Shown in pieces: positions 9,052 through 19,510 of a DNA stretch of 64,000 nucleotides (positions within the stretch are counted from its first letter, which is position 1; each line of letters opens with the position of its first letter). A program made the position numbers and the translations under genes. The notes under the pieces are model-generated. The model was not told the DNA's origin, ran no database searches, and saw nothing but the letters and a program-made list of their open reading frames with translations. The DNA comes from Candidatus Parcubacteria bacterium (GTDB lineage Bacteria; Patescibacteriota; Minisyncoccia; Phycocordibacterales; Phycocordibacteraceae): contig JAXDML010000002.1 in assembly GCA_034666125.1 (NCBI GenBank), positions 4,613 through 68,612 on the forward strand, given 5' to 3'.

Positions 9052-10342
9052 GAATTATACGGAGCAGTATCCACGAGCGATCCTACACATGGATGGGGAC
9101 TCGTTCTTCGCCTCCGTCGAGCAGGCGCTCGACTGGAGGTTACGCGGGAAACCGGTGGTAACAGGCGGGGAGCGCGGCGCGGCGACGGCCATGTCGTACG
9201 AAGCCAAGAAGATGGGCGTGCGGCGCAGCATGACCATGCGGGAGATTAAGAGGGTCTGTCCGGAGGCGATCGTCGTGCCGTCGAACTACACCGCGTACTC
9301 CATATACGCGCACCGCATGTACAAGATCGTGCGGTCCTTCACCCCGGAAGTGGAGGAGTACAGCATCGATGAATGCTTCGCGGATATCACGGGGCTCACC
9401 GAACGCTACGGCAAAACATACGAAGAGATCGGACAGATGATTAAGGCGCAGCTCGAACAGGACCTCGGCATCACCTTCGGTGTGGGGCTGGCGCCGAACA
9501 AGACCCTCGCGAAGGTGGCATCCTCGAAGAACAAGCCCGCAGGCTTCACGCCGCTACCGAGGGAAGCAATTCCGGAATTTCTCAAGGACCTGCCGATGGG
9601 GGCGATATGGGGCGTCGGTTTCTCGACCTCGATGCAGCTCGAACGCATGGGCGTGCGGACCGCGCTCGACTTCGCGACGAAGGACCGCGCGTGGCTCAAG
9701 GAGAAGAAGGTGAGCCTCCCTTACCAGAAGATATGGGCGGAACTGAACGGGGGATTCGCGCGTCGGCTCGGCGAGGACGGCGACGAGCGCATCGGCAGCA
9801 TCATCAAGTCGCATACCTTCAGGCCGACGCGCGACCGCGACTACATACTCTCGCAGCTATCCTCGAATCTCGAGGCCGCGTGCGCCAAGGCGCGACGCCA
9901 CAACGTGAAAGCGCGCTTCTGCCGCTTCTATCTCAAGACCCAGGATTTCACGTACGCGGGACTGACCCTCGATCTCACCGTGCCGCTCACGGATCCGCGC
10001 GAGTTCTTACGGGCCATAGAAGCGCGCTTTGATGATATCCACGACCCGGGCGAGACCTACCGCGCCACCGGCATCGGTCTCTATGCCCTTACGCGCGATG
10101 ACTCGGTCACTCCCGACATCTTCGGGGAAAGCGTCCGCGTCGAACAGGAAGCGCCGCTTATCGATGCCATCGACCACCTGAACCACAAGTACGGCCGACA
10201 CACCGTCTTCCTGGGCGAGAGCTTCGGCGCGGTCACGGACGGGGAAGCGTCGCGCAGGGAACGCGAGGAGCGCCGGTTCGCGCTCCCCATACACCAGCGC
10301 AAGAAGACGATTTCTATTCCGCATTTAGGCGTGGTGCGTTGA
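9044..10342 (+). CDS. dinB: DNA polymerase IV (Y-family, DinB)
   Basis: N-terminal ILHMDGDSFFASVEQ catalytic motif of Y-family polymerases. Overlaps the lexA stop by 8 nt, so lexA-dinB form an operon. Confidence 0.85.
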   Translation: MDRNYTEQYPRAILHMDGDSFFASVEQALDWRLRGKPVVTGGERGAATAMSYEAKKMGVRRSMTMREIKRVCPEAIVVPSNYTAYSIYAHRMYKIVRSFTPEVEEYSIDECFADITGLTERYGKTYEEIGQMIKAQLEQDLGITFGVGLAPNKTLAKVASSKNKPAGFTPLPREAIPEFLKDLPMGAIWGVGFSTSMQLERMGVRTALDFATKDRAWLKEKKVSLPYQKIWAELNGGFARRLGEDGDERIGSIIKSHTFRPTRDRDYILSQLSSNLEAACAKARRHNVKARFCRFYLKTQDFTYAGLTLDLTVPLTDPREFLRAIEARFDDIHDPGETYRATGIGLYALTRDDSVTPDIFGESVRVEQEAPLIDAIDHLNHKYGRHTVFLGESFGAVTDGEASRREREERRFALPIHQRKKTISIPHLGVVR

Positions 10343-10560
10343 AAGCTCAAAACTTAGCTGGCTAATAGACGCGAAGCATGATGATTCTATTTGACTATAA
10401 CTATATAGTGTACTACTATATTGCTGGTCTGTTTGTACCTTGGCAGATCGGGAGAATGAAGAAACGTCTAGGCGGACTGGAATCCGCCTGTGCGTGAGGC
10501 CCGGAAAACCTCCATATCTCAAGGCCACGGACGGCCAATCCACAAGGTAGGAGACGGTTC

Positions 10561-11217
10561 ATGTCCAAGATCGAAAACCTTGACCAATTTCTTGGCCTCG
10601 TCGAAGCAAAAGCAATTCCCGGACACCTGTGCGAAGCCTGGGGCGGCAAAGACCCGCGTCAGATCGCACTCAAAGCGAAGTCTGCGGGCTGGTTTCGTCG
10701 ACACCCAGTATTGATGGGTACGCTGGTCTTCGCATTTCTGATGGTCATCAGCTTCATGCCCTTTGTCATTGGGAGATCCGCTACCTCCATCCTCATAAAT
10801 TATTTTGGATGGTGGCTTGCCATGAGTGCCGTCCTCATCAGCATCGCCATGGCGCTGTGGCATACGAGTTCCGCAAAGGAAAACGCCTGGCTGAAGGTCG
10901 GACCCTTTGCCGAAACCTATGACCAGATGCTGGAAACCCTCGGCCTCACGGCCGCGGAATGTGCCGTCATGGAGGAGGAAGCCCTGCGTCTCCTCGCAGA
11001 GCGCGAAATGGTCGACGCATGCAAGGATGTCCTCGAATATCAGCGCAGGACGCATAAGCTTCCGCCGACCGATAAGAAGCTCGATCGTGAGAAAGAACTT
11101 CGTAAAAAGGTCGCGCAGACCTACGACGCTCTCATTCCGTTCGAGCTCGTCTCGGCCGACGGCTTCGGGCCTTATTACGAGATGGCGGCTAACGAGCTCT
11201 ACGGCGAAGCCGCCTGA
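10561..11217 (+). CDS. Hypothetical membrane protein (2-3 TM, C-terminal charged helical region)
   Basis: 218 aa with AGGAGA RBS. Preceded by a 220-bp low-GC leader carrying TTGACT-17-TACTAT promoter-like hexamers (about 10392-10420). Confidence 0.45.
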   Translation: MSKIENLDQFLGLVEAKAIPGHLCEAWGGKDPRQIALKAKSAGWFRRHPVLMGTLVFAFLMVISFMPFVIGRSATSILINYFGWWLAMSAVLISIAMALWHTSSAKENAWLKVGPFAETYDQMLETLGLTAAECAVMEEEALRLLAEREMVDACKDVLEYQRRTHKLPPTDKKLDREKELRKKVAQTYDALIPFELVSADGFGPYYEMAANELYGEAA

Positions 11218-11519
11218 CTCCCGACTAATTGAAGCAGTGCGCCCGGCTGGACCAGTTCCGGTCGGGCGTGCACTTTATATAAATTCCGAAATCGTTCCAA
11301 ACTGCTTTTGAATTCACCATCCGTTCACTACCTTATATATACACTTTCCGCATGGCATTCCGAACCGACAACCGTCATAGCATGCGCTTTCGCGCCCGCA
11401 GGCAGCTGCGGAGGTTCCGCGCCTCGCTCGATGCGGCCATAGACGGCCTGTTCACTGAGCGAGGACGACGGGCTGCTATCTAATATCGGCCCTTTAGAAC
11501 GAGGTGCTACCATGTACGC

Positions 11520-12521
11520 ATGGGGGCGCTCCGTTCTTTATCCGCGCGCATAGGCCGGCACAAGCGCCGCGCACGCAACATTCTCCTCAGCGCGATCACC
11601 GCGCTCATCGTCGTTGCCGTCCTGTATTCATACCTGTTCGGACCGAGTGCGAAATACGCGAAGGCCGAGCAATTCGTCATTACTCCCGGTACGCCCACCA
11701 GCGAGGTCGCGCGACAGCTGAAGGACCAGGGTTTTGTAAAAAGCGCGTGGGTCGCGCGCGTTGTTCTTGCAAGTAAATCAAAGGAAGGAGTACGTCCCGG
11801 AGGGTACGATATCAGCAAACATATGGACCTCTGGACGCTGTCCGAGAAGTTCGCCGCTCCTCCGTACATGGTGTTCGTCACGATACCGGAGTCGGTGCGC
11901 AAGGAAGAAATCGGCGAGATACTTGCGCGGGAGCTTCGTTGGGACGAGGAGCAGAAACAGGAGTGGGAACGCGCGACCACGATGGACGCGGACCTTACCG
12001 AGGGCGTCTACTATCCGGACACGTATCTCATCCCGGGCGACCAGCCGCCCGCAAGCATTGCCGCCCGCCTGCGCGGACGCTTTGCCGACGTATTCGCGGC
12101 GTACGCCGACGAGGCGCGAGCGAAAGGTATGGACTGGAACGACGTGCTCACGCTCGCATCCTTGGTGGATAAGGAAGCGGCTGCCGACGATAAGCATCTG
12201 GTCGCGGGCATCCTCTGGAATCGCGTGGAGAAGGGAATGCTCCTCCAAGTGGATGCGACGCTTCAGTACATACGCGGGAACGAGGACGACTGGTGGCCGG
12301 TGCCGCGGTCTTCCGACAAGTACCTTGATTCACCTTTCAATACGTACCAGCACGGGGGGCTCCCGCCGCATCCGATCAACAATCCGCGCGTGGAGTCGGT
12401 CGAGGCGGTGCTCAACCCGACGTCCACCGACTGTCTCTTCTATATCCATTCAAACCAGCAGATATATTGCTCGGTCACGTACGCGGGGCAGGAAGCGAAC
12501 GTGGATAGGTACTTGCGGTAG
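11520..12521 (+). CDS. mltG: Endolytic murein transglycosylase MltG (YceG family)
   Basis: N-terminal TM anchor; YceG signature region NTYQHGGLPPHPINNP. Confidence 0.85.
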   Translation: MGALRSLSARIGRHKRRARNILLSAITALIVVAVLYSYLFGPSAKYAKAEQFVITPGTPTSEVARQLKDQGFVKSAWVARVVLASKSKEGVRPGGYDISKHMDLWTLSEKFAAPPYMVFVTIPESVRKEEIGEILARELRWDEEQKQEWERATTMDADLTEGVYYPDTYLIPGDQPPASIAARLRGRFADVFAAYADEARAKGMDWNDVLTLASLVDKEAAADDKHLVAGILWNRVEKGMLLQVDATLQYIRGNEDDWWPVPRSSDKYLDSPFNTYQHGGLPPHPINNPRVESVEAVLNPTSTDCLFYIHSNQQIYCSVTYAGQEANVDRYLR

Positions 12522-12561
12522 GTTCAGAACCTAACCTGTCAGCAGTGTTAAGCTGGTCCGT

Positions 12562-13104
12562 ATGACGGAAAACAATGTCATCTTTGATTTTGATTTGACG
12601 ATCGGACGCCTGGTAACAGACTGGGCTGAATGGCGAAAGGCAGTCTGGGAACTAGTAAAAACATTTGATTCCTCTTCTACCTACGGGCTAGAGCAAATCA
12701 CCCACGCTTCTCAGAATGACTTAATATTAAAATACGGCCCGGTCTTCAAAAAAGATCTCGACGAGGTAAATGAGAAGCTCGAGTCGAGCTCTATCGATAG
12801 TTTCGTGCCTAACGACAAGGTGGTCGCTTTTATACAAAGCACAGACAAGAATCTATATCTTTGGCCCTCTAATTCACATCCAACTGTATCAAAATATCTG
12901 AAGCCTCTCGGCATAGAAAAGAAGTTCCAAGCGATAGTCACGCGCGAACAGGTATCTCTACTTAAGCCTGACCCGGAAGGATTTTCTTTGATCCATAACT
13001 CCATCAATGCTCTTCATGACTACGTCCTTGTTGGAGATAGTCAATCTGACGCAACTGCTGCTTTAAATGCTGGAATGCGTTTCGTTCACGTAGACTCCTT
13101 CTAA
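12562..13104 (+). CDS. HAD-superfamily hydrolase
   Basis: HAD motif I FDFDLT and motif IV VGDSQSD. GC is markedly lower (roughly 40%) than flanking genes. Confidence 0.7.
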   Translation: MTENNVIFDFDLTIGRLVTDWAEWRKAVWELVKTFDSSSTYGLEQITHASQNDLILKYGPVFKKDLDEVNEKLESSSIDSFVPNDKVVAFIQSTDKNLYLWPSNSHPTVSKYLKPLGIEKKFQAIVTREQVSLLKPDPEGFSLIHNSINALHDYVLVGDSQSDATAALNAGMRFVHVDSF

Positions 13105-13150
13105 AAATGTTTCAACGTCGCCCCAAACGGTCAGTCTGAAATAACGCGGT

Positions 13151-14401
13151 ATGGTTAGGGAAATGAAGGAGACTAAATACGACGTGGTCGTCATCGGAGG
13201 AGGAGCCGCGGGGACGATGGCTGCTGGCAAGGCCGCACAACAAGGGAAGCACGTACTTCTCCTTGAGCGCAACACGCGCCTCGGCGAGAAGCTCCGTATC
13301 TCGGGAGGCGGACGCTGCAACATCACGAACGCGGAACCCGACGAACGGAAACTCCTCAGCCACTACGGCCCAGCTGAGAAGTTCCTCCACTCCGCGTTCT
13401 CGCAGTTCGGTATGCGGGATACGTTCTCGTTCTTCGAGTCGAGAAGTCTTTCTCTCAAAGTGGAGACGAATAACCGGGCGTTCCCAGAGAGCGAGAAAGC
13501 GAGTGATGTAGTGCGCGTACTTGAGGAATATCTCAAGGAGGGGAAGGTCGAAGTACGTACCGAGACGGGCGTAGACAATATCGAGACGAAGAACGGTCGG
13601 ATAGAAAGAGTCGTTGCAGGAGGGAAGACATTCAGCGCCGATTCGTATATCCTCGCGACCGGCGGGCTCTCGCATCCGGAAACCGGTTCGACCGGAGACG
13701 GCTTCTCGTGGCTGCGCTCGCTCCGTCATATGATAGAGGATCCGACCCCCACCATCGTGCCGCTTAAAGTTAAGGAAGTATGGGTGAAGAAACTCTCGGG
13801 CGTAAGCGCGGAGGCGAAGCTCACATTCTTCGTGAACGGTAAGAAGAAGTTCTCAAAAGTAGGTCCTATGCTCTTTACGCACTTCGGCATATCGGGCCCC
13901 ACGGTATTGAACTCCTCAAGCAAAGTCGCCGATCTCCTTCAGGAGGGGGAAGTACGCGTGCGCATCGACCTGTATCCGAAGCTCGATCTCGGTGTACTTG
14001 ATAAGCGGATAGCGGGGGTATTTGATACAGGGAAGAACCGTCTTCTGCGGAATGCTTTCAAGGAGATCGCGCCTCCGGGAGCATCCGAGGCCCTCCTATC
14101 ACTCCTTCCCTCCATAGATCCGGAGAAGAAGGTGCATAGCGTGCTCAAGGAACAACGTCGGATGCTCGCGGAACTCTTAAAGAACCTCGAGCTTACGATA
14201 ACCGGCCTTCTCGGTTTCGAGCGCGCGGTGGTCGCGGATGGCGGACTTGTCCTGAACGAAGTCGATATGCGCACGATGCGCTCGAAGAAGTTCGAGAACC
14301 TTTTCGTGACGGGTGACTTACTCCATATACCCAGGCCTTCAGGCGGATATTCGCTGCAGCTTTGCTGGACGACGGGGTACGTGGCCGGGAGCAACGCTTA
14401 A
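13151..14401 (+). CDS. FAD-binding flavoprotein (HI0933/BaiN-like, aminoacetone-oxidase family)
   Basis: N-terminal Rossmann YDVVVIGGGAAGTMAA and ...ISGGGRCNITN typical of the HI0933-like family. Confidence 0.75.
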   Translation: MVREMKETKYDVVVIGGGAAGTMAAGKAAQQGKHVLLLERNTRLGEKLRISGGGRCNITNAEPDERKLLSHYGPAEKFLHSAFSQFGMRDTFSFFESRSLSLKVETNNRAFPESEKASDVVRVLEEYLKEGKVEVRTETGVDNIETKNGRIERVVAGGKTFSADSYILATGGLSHPETGSTGDGFSWLRSLRHMIEDPTPTIVPLKVKEVWVKKLSGVSAEAKLTFFVNGKKKFSKVGPMLFTHFGISGPTVLNSSSKVADLLQEGEVRVRIDLYPKLDLGVLDKRIAGVFDTGKNRLLRNAFKEIAPPGASEALLSLLPSIDPEKKVHSVLKEQRRMLAELLKNLELTITGLLGFERAVVADGGLVLNEVDMRTMRSKKFENLFVTGDLLHIPRPSGGYSLQLCWTTGYVAGSNA

Positions 14402-14462
14402 TTGACCCGGCGCTTAAATAAAGGTATTTTATACATAACCGCCCGCAGGGCATTTTTATTTT

Positions 14463-16265
14463 ATGGAGATACGGAACATAGCGATCATCGCGCACGTGGA
14501 CCACGGCAAGACCACGCTCACTGACGCCCTCATGCGCCAGACGGGAGCCGTTGCCGACGGGGTGTCGATGGATAGCAATACGCTCGAGCAGGAGCGCGGC
14601 ATCACGATCTATTCCAAGAACACCTCCATCGAATACAAGGGGACGAAGATAAACATCGTCGATACCCCGGGACACGCGGACTTCGGCTCGGAGGTGGAGC
14701 GCGTGCTCCGCTCCATCGACTCGGTGCTCCTGGTCGTGGACGCCCAGGAAGGGCCGATGCCGCAGACGCGCTTCGTGCTCAAGAAGTCTCTGGAACTGGG
14801 TTTGAAGCCCATCGTGGTGCTCAATAAGATAGATAAGCCGGCGGCCGATCCCGATCGCGCGGAAGAGCAGGTGCTGGAGCTTTTCCTCGAGCTCGGTGCG
14901 ACCGACGAGCAGGCCGACTTCAAGGTCCTGTACGCTATCGGCCGCGACGGGGTTGCGGGAAGGAAGCTCGAGGACATGCCGAGTAACGGCGGGGAGGCGC
15001 GCGACCTGAGGGCGCTTCTCGACCTTATCCTCGAGGAGGTACCGTCCGCAGTCACGCCGGAAGCGCTTGGGAAGCCTGTCCGCCTTCAAGCGTTCAATCT
15101 CGCGTACGACAACTTCCTCGGACGTCTCGCTATCGCGCGCGTGTACGAAGGTACTGTCCGTACCGGGGAGACCGTGACGGTGCTAAAACCCGACGGTGCG
15201 GCGCGCACCGGCAAGATCACGAAGGTCTTCACTTTCAAGGGCATCGAGCGCGTCGAGGTACCGGAGGCGCAGGCTGGCGACATCGTCATGATCGCGGGAC
15301 TTCCGGATATTTACATAGGCGAGACCGTGACGACCGACGCGGGCGTGGAGCCGCTTCCGGCCATCGCCATCGACGAGCCGACCATCACCGTGAACTTCCT
15401 CGTGAACAACTCGCCTTTTGCCGGACGCGAAGGGAAGTACGTGACGAGCCGCCAGCTGCGCGAATACCTCGAACGGGAGCTCGAGGTGAACGTGGGACTC
15501 AAGGTGGACTTCGTGTCGCCGGATTCCTTCAAGGTATCGGGACGCGGCGAGCTTCACATCGCGATCCTTCTTGAGAACATGCGCCGCTCCGGATACGAGA
15601 TGCAGGTGTCTCAGCCGCAGGTCATCATCCGCGAAGAGGAGGGGAAGAAGCTTGAACCTTTCGAGGAGGTCATCATCGATACGCCGAGCGCGTACCAGGG
15701 CGCGATCATCGAACGCCTCGGCACCCGCGCCTTCGTGCTCCAGAACATGGTGCAGCACGACGACCTCGTGCGCCTGACGCTCGAAGGTCCTACCCGCGGA
15801 CTCCTCGGCTACCGCAACCAGTTCGTCATCGATACCAAGGGCGAGGGCATCCTCTCCTCCCGGGTGCTCGGCTTCAAGCCGTTCGCAGGCGAGATCAAGA
15901 AGCGCGCGGTGGGCTCCATGATTTCCATGGCTACGGGCAAGGCGCTTGGGTACGCGCTCTGGGGGCTCCAGGAACGCGGCCTCCTTTACATAGGTCCGGC
16001 TACCGACGTGTATGAAGGCATGGTGCTCGGAAACACCTCGAAGGGCGAGGAGATGGTCGTGAACCCGACCAAGGGCAAGAACCTCACGAACGTGCGCTCC
16101 TCGGGCAACGACGAAGCGATCAACCTCGTGCCGCCGTTCACGCTCACCATCGAGCGCGGACTCGAAGTGATGGCAGGGGACGAGTACCTCGAGATCACGC
16201 CGGAAAGCGTCCGGCTGCGCAAGCAGCAGCTGACCGAGAGCGGTCGTGCGAAGGCGAAGCGATAA
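14463..16265 (+). CDS. typA: Translational GTPase TypA/BipA
   Basis: N-terminal G domain IRNIAIIAHVDHGKTTLTDALM, 600 aa; EF-G-like domain order without domain IV, as in BipA. Confidence 0.9.
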   Translation: MEIRNIAIIAHVDHGKTTLTDALMRQTGAVADGVSMDSNTLEQERGITIYSKNTSIEYKGTKINIVDTPGHADFGSEVERVLRSIDSVLLVVDAQEGPMPQTRFVLKKSLELGLKPIVVLNKIDKPAADPDRAEEQVLELFLELGATDEQADFKVLYAIGRDGVAGRKLEDMPSNGGEARDLRALLDLILEEVPSAVTPEALGKPVRLQAFNLAYDNFLGRLAIARVYEGTVRTGETVTVLKPDGAARTGKITKVFTFKGIERVEVPEAQAGDIVMIAGLPDIYIGETVTTDAGVEPLPAIAIDEPTITVNFLVNNSPFAGREGKYVTSRQLREYLERELEVNVGLKVDFVSPDSFKVSGRGELHIAILLENMRRSGYEMQVSQPQVIIREEEGKKLEPFEEVIIDTPSAYQGAIIERLGTRAFVLQNMVQHDDLVRLTLEGPTRGLLGYRNQFVIDTKGEGILSSRVLGFKPFAGEIKKRAVGSMISMATGKALGYALWGLQERGLLYIGPATDVYEGMVLGNTSKGEEMVVNPTKGKNLTNVRSSGNDEAINLVPPFTLTIERGLEVMAGDEYLEITPESVRLRKQQLTESGRAKAKR

Positions 16266-16356
16266 AGACAGAAGCGCCGGGAGGCGTTTCTTGCTTCATG
16301 CAGGCTTCAGGGATAAAGCTCTAAAGTTACGGCATTACTCATTTACCGTTACGCAT

Positions 16357-16509
16357 ATGCTGATTACCATTGCCGCACTGCTTCTCGTCCTCTGGGTGCT
16401 CGGACTCGTAAGCTCGTACACGATCGGGGGCTTTATTCACATCCTCCTGGTCATCGCGATCATCATCGTCCTCGTGCGGATCATCCAGGGACGCAATCCG
16501 GTACCTTAG
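16357..16509 (+). CDS. Small hydrophobic membrane protein (50 aa)
   Basis: MLITIAALLLVLWVLGLVSSYTIGGFIHILLVIAIIIVLVRIIQGRNPVP. Start reassigned to the ATG at 16357, inside ORF 16246-16509. Confidence 0.45.
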   Translation: MLITIAALLLVLWVLGLVSSYTIGGFIHILLVIAIIIVLVRIIQGRNPVP

Positions 16510-16512
16510 CGT

Positions 16513-17037
16513 ATGCCGCGCGGCGAGAAGCGCGCATCTTTTGACTATTCGATCGACTTCGCGAAGACCGATTTCCGCAAGCACCCGGAACTCTATCGCA
16601 TCGGGAAGGGAGAGCGGGGGGTACTGCTGGTAGAGCCATACAAGTCGGAGATCCTGCCTCACTGGAGATTCAAGACGCCCGAGATCGCGAAAGCGTCGAG
16701 CGAGAAGATCCAGAGGATCTTCCTCGGCTATAAGCGAAAGAAGGATTTCGTCGGCATGGACATGGCGCGGAAGTTCCTGCAGATGGGCTATACCCGCGCG
16801 CGTCGCTATGCGAACCATGCGTCGGGACGGAAGTACGCATCGAATCCGCAGAACGAACGTACCGAGAAGCTTGAGCGTAAGGCGCGCACTAACGTACGGC
16901 CCCAGGAGACGGATTGGGATACGAACGAGAAGGCGCAGGCTGCGCGCATCTTCTATGAAGCGTACCTGAAGGTTCGGGAAGATCCCTCATACAAGACACT
17001 TAAAGCGGAACACGCCGCGCGTGAGAAAGGAACCTGA
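16513..17037 (+). CDS. Hypothetical protein (DUF4385-like)
   Basis: 174 aa basic protein; 4-nt gap to the upstream small gene. Family assignment is from memory only. Confidence 0.45.
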   Translation: MPRGEKRASFDYSIDFAKTDFRKHPELYRIGKGERGVLLVEPYKSEILPHWRFKTPEIAKASSEKIQRIFLGYKRKKDFVGMDMARKFLQMGYTRARRYANHASGRKYASNPQNERTEKLERKARTNVRPQETDWDTNEKAQAARIFYEAYLKVREDPSYKTLKAEHAAREKGT

Positions 17038-17045
17038 TTAAGCAT

Positions 17046-17492
17046 ATGCCTAAGAAGCACAACACTACCGCGTTGCTTATCGTAGACCTGCAGAAAGGAT
17101 TTGGCACTACCGACAAGCTGGTCAAGGGGATCCTCAAGGCTGCGTCCGGGTACGATGTCGTAGTCGCGACGGAATTCGTGAACGGTCATGCCTTCTCCCC
17201 AAGAGCTTCAAGGGAGGACCTCAGGCTCGGCCCGCTTCCTCCCTCGGCAAAGGTTTTCAGGAAGAACACGTACGGCGTTCCTCCCGCGCTCATCGGCTAT
17301 CTTAAGAAGAAAGGAGTGCGGCATATCGATATCTGCGGTTTGGAGAGGGAAGCCTGCGTACTCGCGGCGGCCTTCAACCTGTGGGATGCCGAGATCCGGC
17401 CGCGTATCCTGAAAGACCTCGTAGGGACCAATAAGGGGAATGAGAACCTGCGCAAGCCCGCATTGCTCGTCATCCGTAAGAATTTTGAATAA
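17046..17492 (+). CDS. Isochorismatase-family (cysteine hydrolase) protein
   Basis: LLIVDLQKGF N-terminal motif and DICGLEREACV (catalytic Cys region) typical of the isochorismatase fold. Confidence 0.65.
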   Translation: MPKKHNTTALLIVDLQKGFGTTDKLVKGILKAASGYDVVVATEFVNGHAFSPRASREDLRLGPLPPSAKVFRKNTYGVPPALIGYLKKKGVRHIDICGLEREACVLAAAFNLWDAEIRPRILKDLVGTNKGNENLRKPALLVIRKNFE

Positions 17493-17693
17493 CCTTCTTG
17501 CGCATCCAAGAGCAATCTGCTATAATGCATCCACAATCGTTCTCCTAGTTTTGGCGTAGGTAGCCCCTATTGCCCCGGGAAATCGCCCCAAAGGCCAGCC
17601 CACGAAACTCTTGAGACCGCTTGGGTCTGGTTTAGAGCACCAGTATTACCATCCGCTCCGATCAGTTTTCGGGGCCACTTAGTTACAACCATA

Positions 17694-18986
17694 ATGGCAA
17701 CAGTATATATACGCCGTACAGACGGCAAACGCCCTCCGCGTACCGGAGGATACGGCCGCTCCGCAGGCGCTTCAAGTTCGCGCAGTTCGGGAAGCCGCTC
17801 GTATTCCGCAGGGCGCCCCGCTTCAGGCGGACAGCGCGGATCGCAGGGTCGCGGAGCCGCTCCCCGCGGCAAGCGCAACTTCCAGGAGATGTCGATAGAC
17901 CTCTCCAAGCTTATCAACAAGGCGCAGCCCCTAGAGGACAGCGAACCTTTCGCTCCGATTCACACGTTCGCCGACTTCAAGGTCGACGAGCAGCTGAAGG
18001 ACAACATCGTCGCCAAGGGATACGCGCTCCCGACCCCCATCCAGGACCAGTCGATACCGCACGTGCTCAAAGGCTCCGATATCGTCGGCATCGCGAACAC
18101 CGGCACCGGCAAGACCGCGGCCTTCCTCGTGCCGCTCATCAACAAGGTACTCAAGAACCGCGACGAGCGCGTGCTCATCATGGTACCGACCCGCGAGCTC
18201 GCCATCCAGATCGAGGAGGAGTTCTACGGCTTCGCCAAGCGCCTCCAGATACACGCGGTGACCTGCGTGGGCGGTGCCGGCATCGAACCGCAGCTCCGCG
18301 GACTCCGCCGCGCTCCGAACTTCGTCATCGGAACGCCGGGACGCCTGAAGGATCTTATCGAGCGCCGTGCGCTCAACCTCGGGAAATTCGCCACCGTCGT
18401 ACTCGACGAGGCCGATCGCATGCTCGACATGGGATTCATCGGCGACATGCGCGAGATCATGGCGCTCATGCCGCGCGTGCGCCATACGCTCTTCTTCTCA
18501 GCGACCCTGTCGCGCGAGATCGAGGGGCTCATCGGCGAGTTCCTGAACGACCCGGTGCGGGTGTCGGTGAAGACGCGCGATACCGCGCATACCATCGACC
18601 AGGATGTCGTGCGCGTCGAGGCCGGACGCAAGTTCGAGCAGCTCGTCGAGCTTCTCAATGAGCCGGGCTTCGACAAGGTTCTCGTCTTCGGACGCACCAA
18701 GCACGGCGTCGAGCGGCTCACGAACGACCTCAACCGCGCGCGCGTCCCGGCAGAGAGCATCCATGGCGACAAGCCCCACGGACGCCGCCAGAAGGCTCTC
18801 GGCCTCTTCAAGCAGGACAAGGTACGGGTACTGGTCGCGACCGACGTGGCCGCTCGTGGATTGGACATCTCGGGCGTGTCGCACGTCATCAACTACGACC
18901 TGCCCGCGACCTACGAGGATTACACCCACCGCATCGGTCGCACGGGCCGTGCAGGGAAGGCAGGGAAGGCGCTTACCTTTATTTAA
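17694..18986 (+). CDS. DEAD-box ATP-dependent RNA helicase with an N-terminal Arg/Gly/Ser-rich extension
   Basis: Q-motif, GTGKTAAF (motif I), VLDEADRMLDMGF (DEAD), SAT and HRIGRTGRAG motifs. The first ~65 aa are an RGS-rich low-complexity region. Confidence 0.9.
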   Translation: MATVYIRRTDGKRPPRTGGYGRSAGASSSRSSGSRSYSAGRPASGGQRGSQGRGAAPRGKRNFQEMSIDLSKLINKAQPLEDSEPFAPIHTFADFKVDEQLKDNIVAKGYALPTPIQDQSIPHVLKGSDIVGIANTGTGKTAAFLVPLINKVLKNRDERVLIMVPTRELAIQIEEEFYGFAKRLQIHAVTCVGGAGIEPQLRGLRRAPNFVIGTPGRLKDLIERRALNLGKFATVVLDEADRMLDMGFIGDMREIMALMPRVRHTLFFSATLSREIEGLIGEFLNDPVRVSVKTRDTAHTIDQDVVRVEAGRKFEQLVELLNEPGFDKVLVFGRTKHGVERLTNDLNRARVPAESIHGDKPHGRRQKALGLFKQDKVRVLVATDVAARGLDISGVSHVINYDLPATYEDYTHRIGRTGRAGKAGKALTFI

Positions 18987-18996
18987 ACGCCTACAT

Positions 18997-19036
18997 AAAA
19001 CAAGACCGCCCGACGTAGTCGGGCGGTCTTGTTTTA
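18997..19036 (+). terminator. Intrinsic terminator after the helicase gene
   Basis: AAAACAAGACCGCCCGAC-GTAG-TCGGGCGGTCTTGTTTT: an 18-bp stem followed by a T-run. Confidence 0.65.
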
Positions 19037-19510
19037 TTGTTGACCATTTGGAACGAGGCTGGAACCCGAATACAAAAAGAGCTGCTTCGCGCAGCTCCAT
19101 TAAAGAGATGAGTGGGTTAAGGCTTGGAAGTGACCTCCCATGTTCAGACGATTGGCTCGCCCTACTCAATCCTCCGGTCAGTCGCCTGCCAGTATAGCTG
19201 TCGCGCCATGCGTCGTAACTAGTCCTGGAGAGGAAAGGCCCCATGCACAAGTGCGTGGTTGTTCCCATTCGGGAATCGCCATATTTGGTCTTTTCCCACT
19301 CATCCCTGTCGAGTCAATTGGTGGCCTGTCACGGCATCTTTAACGGCTGGCTGCTTCTAAGCCGACCGCCCAACGTATCGACAATCTATTTATATCAAAA
19401 CCCTAAGGAGTATCAAGTTGGGAGACCAGGTCCCGCTCTATTAAAAGAGTCCTCTATATTAACCATAACCTCAGCATTACGGGGTATACTAAATCCGTTC
19501 ACCGGAACCC

